DNA of 63,573 nt, counting the filler, from Craspedostauros australis (taxonomy: Eukaryota), in assembly GCA_030167865.1 (NCBI GenBank). It is 8 parts of 8 records of this genome, joined end to end, with 100 filler letters (N's around TTAATTAATTAA, not from the genome) between each part and the next. Parts side by side here need not be neighbours in the genome. Positions count along the whole stretch, not along the records: positions 42,996 to 59,784 come from JALAGF010002120.1; positions 59,885 to 62,152 come from JALAGF010002123.1; positions 62,253 to 63,573 come from JALAGF010002126.1; 5 more parts are not named here. One strand, 5' to 3'. A program made the position numbers and the translations under genes. Positions 57,103-63,573 of this stretch are shown piece by piece; position 1 is the first letter of the stretch; each line of letters begins with the position of its first letter. The notes under the pieces were generated by a model, which saw only the letters and a list, made by a program, of their open reading frames with translations, was not told the origin of the DNA and made no database searches.

Positions 57103-58834
57103 GATTTATGGAGTCTGAGATGTAATGCAATGCGATGTGATGTATGAGTATTGGAAGAGTGTGGAGCCCGTTGGAATGCCTTGTCCTTTGCTAAGGTTTG
57201 ATGGAGGAGTCGATGTGATTGCACTGTGTGGATGTTTGTGTCGCTGAGCTTGAAAGCGGATGGAAGTGTGTGTATGCGAGTGTATGCGTAAATGCGTAAG
57301 TCACCAATAGAGCTTGGATGTGGATGTCTCGTGAGCTGCTCTCCGATTTATGAAAGTTGCGAAGTCTTTGGGTGACGACGTTCACCTTTCTATCTTGTGG
57401 TGGCCTTCGTGTTCTCTTGCTTCACAATTGCAAGTGCAAGTCAGAGTGCGAGTAACCTGGTTGTGATTCCTCTGTAAACCTTGGTTTGTCTGGGCTGGCA
57501 GCTGCGGTATCGTCCCCCGTATTTATTCTGAGCTTATGGTGTCTTGGCCGCCATTTTGTGCCCATCTGCCCGTGTGATCGCAAGTTCGACAGGTGCGTCA
57601 TTGGCTCACCACGTCCATCTACGACAACCCATGCATCACCGGCAGTACAATTGCACATGGGGAACAGCACAATCGATCCATCACGAGTTGACAGCGCGGG
57701 AATCTTGGGAACTTGCGCGCTCAAGCTGTGTTGTGGAATTGATGTCCGCGGTTGTTGGATTCGCATCGTCGCCAATTGCCACGCCCAAACGCTTGGTTTC
57801 CGCTGTAACAGTAACGGATGCGACATTTATGCGGACTGTGGAAATGGCTTTTCCTTTGAGCTCCTCATAGTCAAGGCCGGCCGGGGCGCAACGAACGGCA
57901 ACGACACAGCGCTTTTTATCAGACAAGACACCTCGAAGGCCCTAACGCATTGTTCAATAATTGCATCTGCCATCGTGTCAAGGCACATGTTGCATCTCAC
58001 TCGATCGACAAACTTCGGTAGAAGGAATAAGAAACGCGATGGGGCATTCGTATCACCCTTCTTGTATCACGAAAGAACGCTGATGATGTCCGACACCTGA
58101 TGTTCAACAGCCGACTTGGAATAGCGAAGGCGCACACGCACAATACGATCACACAGTTCTGATCGTGAAGCGGCTGGAAGCTCTTAACTTGCTTTATTCG
58201 CGCTTATACTTTGATTTGTATTGGTTTTACCGCATATCCCGATAAGGCCTCTACAAGCGCTTCGCTTGGTGCACGATTGAAAGGTAAACAACCGTTTGGT
58301 GCAGCGCGTTGGCGTGCCTCTGTCACACCAACAAGGCGGAACTGCATGCACTCGGTTCTTGTCGCAGTGTGCCTTGCTTTGTGTCACTTCTTCTCCCGTG
58401 TCTGTGGCGGCGTGGTCTCATCTCATCTTGTGGCTGCTGTAGTTGTGGTTAGTGGTTCAGCGGTTGTGTTGAGGAGTTCCTGAGAGACGCATCACATTCA
58501 CGTTGTGTGGCTCGGTACGGTTGGAGCATCAACTACTGCGGCAGGATGACGGCTTCCAAATCACTGTTGCTGTTGCTGCTGTAGGTGCTTCCGTTTCTGT
58601 TTCTGTTTGTACAATGAAGCGTGCGTTTAAGGCTAGCAGCATGTGTGTGCGTGTTTGTGGTTCTGAAGTGATGTCTCTATTGTATTACTCTAGTATTGTA
58701 TTATGTGGCATGGTGTATGGTGTATGGTACGCTATGGGAACTGGCGCGCGTGTGATTGGCTCGTCTGCTCGTATTTTCCGCTGCGTGGAGACTGCAATCG
58801 AATGTCGTTGCAATACTGTGAGCGGTGCGCTCCT

Positions 58835-59555
58835 TCAGGCTGCCTTTCCAACGAGCAATCTGATCGGACCCATGCGTGGTTTGCTCGTCTTTCTCGACAT
58901 CATGGATGATGAAGAAGAAGATGATGGTGACGATGACGACGATGATGGCATCAACAGCTGCGAGAGTTTGGAGATACCTGGTAGACGTTTCTTGGGAGAA
59001 ACGCCGGATGGGAAGGTGCTGTTCTGGTGGTTGTTTTGGCTGCCTCCAGTCATGCTCTCCGTCTCCGGTGCCTGTGAACCTTCGCTGATGGACGAAAGAG
59101 AGAGGTACGATGAAGATGCCGTGGAAGCGGTGTCATCATCGCCCTTGAGTGAATTTAGCTGCCTCGCAACCTGCTCATCGAGCATGCCGCGGAGTCCGGC
59201 CTGTCGCTGTGAACCTTCGCAGACCTCGGCGTACATTTCCGCCATGTACTGCACATCGCAATCCCCTTCCCTGCGCTGGTCGGACTGTTCATCGAGAACG
59301 ACAGCCCTGGCCTCGTTCTTCAATGCGGCCCTGCGCTTGGATGCCGCCTTGGTGCGGAACTCTAGACCACGTTGCATCGGCAGCTTGCCGGCCTGGATGT
59401 CCAAGATGGTGGAGCGGATGTCGTCGCGCGTGGCCATCATCTCCTCCCTTGTCATCCACGTCGCGACTCTCTCTTCCTCTGTGAAGTCGTTGTGGTGCAG
59501 GGAGAACTTGCAGCGCACGCGTTCGTTGAAGGACACGCGGCGCTTGTTGTTGTTG

Positions 59556-59587
<32 letters not shown>

Positions 59588-59599
59588 GGTAGTAGCCAT
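58835..59599 (-). CDS. Diatom-type low-complexity protein of unknown function
   Basis: KRRVSF (RVxF-like) followed by DFTEEERVATW..EE..RGLE..VLDEQ, a pattern I recognise from diatom hypothetical proteins; polyT/polyN N-terminus. Confidence 0.75.
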
Positions 59600-59884
59600 C
59601 GTGAATTTGTTGTGTTGGTTGTGCTGGCTGTTTTTGATCTTTGGTTTTGGGTTGTGATCGGTTTGATTTTGTGAGAACAACAAACAAACTACCGAAGAAG
59701 GGAGAAGAGCGGTCGCAGTGATGCCGCAGTTACGGGTACTTTGCACCGCGAGCTGCGCCCAACACACTTGCGTCGTTTTGCGTGNNNNNNNNNNNNNNNN
59801 NNNNNNNNNNNNNNNNNNNNNNNNNNNNTTAATTAATTAANNNNNNNNNNNNNNNNNNNNNNNNNNNNNNNNNNNNNNNNNNNN

Positions 59885-62152
59885 GCGGTGGAAGACAGAA
59901 TAGGAGAGGAATCCCGACAAGCCACACAACAACAGAACAGGAGCAACGTGCCCATCAACACAATCTATGTTACGGAAGGGGGAAGATGGAGAAAGCAGGC
60001 TATCTGGCATTTGGGGCTCCAATTCCATCGGACCATAGAGCAGTATGGACGGACATGAGCTTCGCACAGATCCTGGGGATGAGAATAAAGCCAGTTCGAT
60101 CCATCATGCCCAATAGACTGGTGCTCAGTGTCGTGCGGGTTGTACAACGCTACAACAACGCTCTTTTCGAAGAATACAGCAACACAACATACACAGACGC
60201 GTGGAGGAATTGTTGGCATCAACAAAGGCCCAAGGATGGACCATGCCATGAGAGAAGCGCCTCCAGTTCAACAAGCTCCTGGAACAAACGAACCAGATCA
60301 GGCAGTTTGCGGAGAAAGGGTGCAGAAAGTTGAAAATTGGGGAAGTTGCATGGTCACCAGAGATACAACACTCTCAGGACGTGATTCAACTCTGGTCACT
60401 TGAGGTGAAGCATCTCCTGGGTGTGAAAGTGAACTCCTCTCTTCGGTGGCAAACCAGAAAGCGGGTAGGCCTCAAGGAAGGCATGAACCTCCAACAAGCG
60501 CAGCAAATGTGCTCTGAAGCATACAAAGCCTACTACAAGAAAAATATAGAGCACACACAAGCGAGGCAAGATCACCTGGTGCGGATGGCAAGACAACGAC
60601 ATGACTCGAACGAACAAGAATACGAAGCTGCTTTGCAAACTCTCCTGAACAGGGAGAAGCAGTGAGAGCAAGCCGGCTGCCAGAAGCGGCGTTCGGGCAA
60701 GGCAAATTGATGACCACCAAAGTTCTGTTAATGGACAACGAAGAACAGCTGCATGATTGTAATGAACAGGACGAGATAGTCACGGCGTGCATCCAGGAAA
60801 ACAAGAAGAGGTTCTCCCAGGCCAACAGCGCCCCCTGTATGATCGGCCAGGGCATGCAACTCATGGACCGTATATGGATACCAGAACTTGGACAACAGCT
60901 CGTTGAGACGGAGGCACCCATACCAGAGACAATTGACCCCATGATCAGGGTTCTGTTGGAGTCCCTTGAGTCTATTGTGCAGGACGAGTCAGAACTCGCT
61001 GGAATGGAGCATTCGAAGGCCTGGAAAAAGCAGACGGAGCTCACCAATTCAGAGCTGAGCTGTCCCCATTTTGGTCATTACAAGGCTGCTGCAACGGTTC
61101 AGGCACTGGCCCACATGGATACAATGCTGATGGAGGCACCATACCAGACCGGGCATTCTCCAAAACCGTGGCAACGCGTTACCAATGTGGAAATTCTCAA
61201 GAAGGCGCAAGTGTTCAACATTGAAAATGCGTACGATACAGCTCATGGACGCGCAGTTCAACCTGAACAACAAGCGGCTTGGCAAGCAGATGATCCAGAC
61301 GGCGGAGAAGGCCGGCTGGCTATCGGGCTTTCAGTTAGGGAGCCGAAAGCGCAGATCGGCAATGAGTGTTGCACTGAGCAAGCAGCTCACCATTGTCCTC
61401 GGATCCCAACAGAAGGTAGCGGTAGTGTTCTGTTCCAATGATGCAAAGTCGTGTTACAACAGGATCATACCCAACTGTGCGGCGGCGGCGATGATGGCCG
61501 CGGGTGCGAACGAATTGGCTACAAGGAGCATGTTCAACACCCCACGTGACGCCAGACACCACATCAGCACTGCATACGGAGTGTCCAGCAGGTGCTACAA
61601 AAAAGGCACTGACTGCGACATGCATGGCATTGGACAAGACAATGGGGCAGGCCCTGCAATCTGGGCTGGTATCAGCTCTGTCATGTTTAAGGCCATGACA
61701 AGACTGGGCCACACGTTGGCCTTGGCCAGTCTGCCGGGAGAGTTCATACCAGTGCTAGGCTTGGCGTTTGTTGATGATACCAACCTGATCCGACTCGAGC
61801 AACGGGAGCACGACGGTGCCGATACCAAAGCCTTGAAACAGACAGTCCAGGATTAGAGCCAACTGCTGCAAGTCACAGGAGGAGTGCTGGTACCAGAGAA
61901 GTCAGCATGGTGGGTCATCCAACCCGAGTTCAACACCGATAAATGGGAACAGTGCGATGCCGAGGCCACCACCAGTATTCGCATCGACGAAGGAAAAGGT
62001 ACAAGAGCGGAGATCCCCAACAAGACGATGGATCAGCTGCTGTTCACCCTGGGCGTGCTCATCAAGTTCGACGGAGACAACGGGGAGCAAGTGAGGCAGT
62101 TGTGAAAGAAAGCCAAAGACTTCAGAGGAAGGATGCGTACTGCGCATATCTC
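59885..62152 (+). mobile_element. Decayed non-LTR retrotransposon (end of APE + RT) with frameshifts and stops
   Basis: SDHRAVW (APE C-terminus), HFGHYKA, SNDAKSCYNRI, HGIGQDNGAGPAIW, AFVDDT and LVPEKSAW are split across ORFs 59986, 60330, 60662, 61185 and 61884. Confidence 0.88.
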
Positions 62153-62252
62153 NNNNNNNNNNNNNNNNNNNNNNNNNNNNNNNNNNNNNNNNNNNNTTAA
62201 TTAATTAANNNNNNNNNNNNNNNNNNNNNNNNNNNNNNNNNNNNNNNNNNNN

Positions 62253-63134
62253 GAAGACGTTCATGGTTCCACCCCTTGGATTGGTCCTGAGTTTGGACAG
62301 CTCCGAGACGATGTTGATGCCTGGAGTGCCGGTCGGATAGTTGTCGCCAGACTCACCGTGGTTGTGGAATTCGGTTCCATGACATGCATCATCACCAACG
62401 ATGAAGGCGACTCTGGTGGGGTGCATCCAGGAGAGCTCATTGGCCTTTTGGATGCCAACCGCTATGTCTTCTGCACGGTCGTCGCTGCGAATGGACTTGA
62501 CTCCCTTCAGGAAGCGTTCGAAGACACTGACATCATCCACGAAATCAAGTACTTGATATCGATCAGACCCATTGTAAATGTCTCGGTAGGCCACGAACCC
62601 CAACCGTAGATCCTTCCCCTTTCCATCAGCCTTGATCTTCTTGACAATCTTGCGGATGGTCTGCTTGGCACCGTCGATGTATGGCCCCATTGAACCAGTA
62701 GCGTCCATGATGAACACGAGATCGATTTCGTTCTCCACAGCGTCNAGTTTGCCCAGCACGTCCTTGATATTGGATTCCCTCATGCGACGCTTCAGTCGGC
62801 ATTGATGCAGCTTTGCGGCAAGCTCCTCGAGGGATTTGGTGGCATTGTCGAGTTGCTCACCAAAATTGCTGATCTCAGTGTTGCATTGAGAAAGTAGTTC
62901 GGAAGGTAGGGTTTTGCTCGTGTCCAACTTACATTTCTGCATCATGTCTTGGGCTGCCTTGATGCTTTCGTCGAGTTGCACTCTTATTTTGGCCTCCTTC
63001 TTCTCCGCATCGCTGATCTGTTGTTGGATATCCTCCTCATCATCGCTGTCATCCTCTTCCTCCTCTCCGATCTCCTCGAGAACAGCCCCACCACCGCCGA
63101 GACTCACGAACTTTTTATTCTTTTTTGGCGGCAT
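62253..63134 (-). CDS. Coiled-coil + vWA domain protein (VwkA alpha-kinase-like N-terminus), 3' end cut by contig end
   Basis: IDLVFIMDATGSMGPYI, LRLGFVAYRD, DRAEDIA, GDDACHG; one ambiguous base at about 62745. Confidence 0.82.
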
Positions 63135-63573
63135 CGTACTTTCGTGTTCGAATTGTTTGTCAAGAGCTGATTGAGAATTATGTTTGCCCGATNATGTGAG
63201 CTTGTGGCTTTCCCAGCTTCACAACTTGTTTGAGTTTCGGGGTTTTGTGAGAGCGTGGTTGGGGGATGTGTGGAGCACATTGCTGCGCTCCTGTTGCATT
63301 CCGGTACACCTTCAAGACATGGTCGCACGCCAATTCGAACACGCACAAGATCGCATCAGATCGCACATGCTCCGAGTTTGCAACACAGTGCTGCGTTGAT
63401 GCAGAATCTTGGGAGGTACAGCTAGGTTTCCAGAAGCGTTCGATGAAGTACCAGTCTCATCACTGGGCAGGTCGCCCAAAGACTTCTGAGAACTGCTCCA
63501 CTGCTCTTCGACAGCTTCCCGACGATGCATCAGAAGTAAAGCTCTCCGAAAGAGTCACCTTCGCATCACGTTG

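Noticed and set aside
57420..58480. Short ORFs upstream of the cyclase-PDE gene
   Set aside because: No recognisable domain or codon bias; treated as intergenic.
3415..62252. Recurrent TTAATTAATTAA inside N-runs
   Set aside because: Artificial six-frame-stop spacer, not a biological repeat. Neighbourhoods across it, including the apparent 1-3956 inverted repeat and the LINE-vWA adjacency, cannot be trusted.
1..63573. tRNA, rRNA or snRNA genes
   Set aside because: No recognisable signatures by eye; a tRNAscan-SE or Infernal run would be needed to exclude them.

Overview
Eukaryotic genomic DNA, most likely from a (pennate) diatom. The evidence is GT-AG introns, several bipartite signal-peptide plus 'A-F/W' plastid presequences, an HSF factor, a CHASE-cyclase-PDE receptor and abundant (AG)n tracts. 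The window is not contiguous: eight contigs are joined by seven artificial 100-nt N spacers containing TTAATTAATTAA, so adjacency across spacers is meaningless. About 24 genes or gene fragments are supported: ABCC transporter, SDR, thioredoxin-like protein, HSF, RoxA/YcfD-like JmjC oxygenase, mitochondrial carrier, NSA2, ICME-like hydrolase, DEAH helicase, glutaredoxin, GT47, cyclase-PDE, vWA protein and several unknowns. There is also a decayed LINE and a MITE. The most notable items are: (1) a single-chain MlaF-MlaE (TGD3-TGD1-like) ABC lipid-transporter fusion with no evident targeting presequence; (2) a tandem pair of degenerate P-loop NTPase genes with mostly amino-acid-changing differences, only one of which keeps a plastid-type presequence; (3) an internally deleted ABCC copy; (4) a 314-bp MITE with TIRs and a 4-bp TSD; (5) inverted and fold-back copies of an intron from a Cys-rich, mucin-like gene. 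No CRISPR array, rRNA or tRNA was seen. All family assignments are from motif recognition by eye, not database searches.
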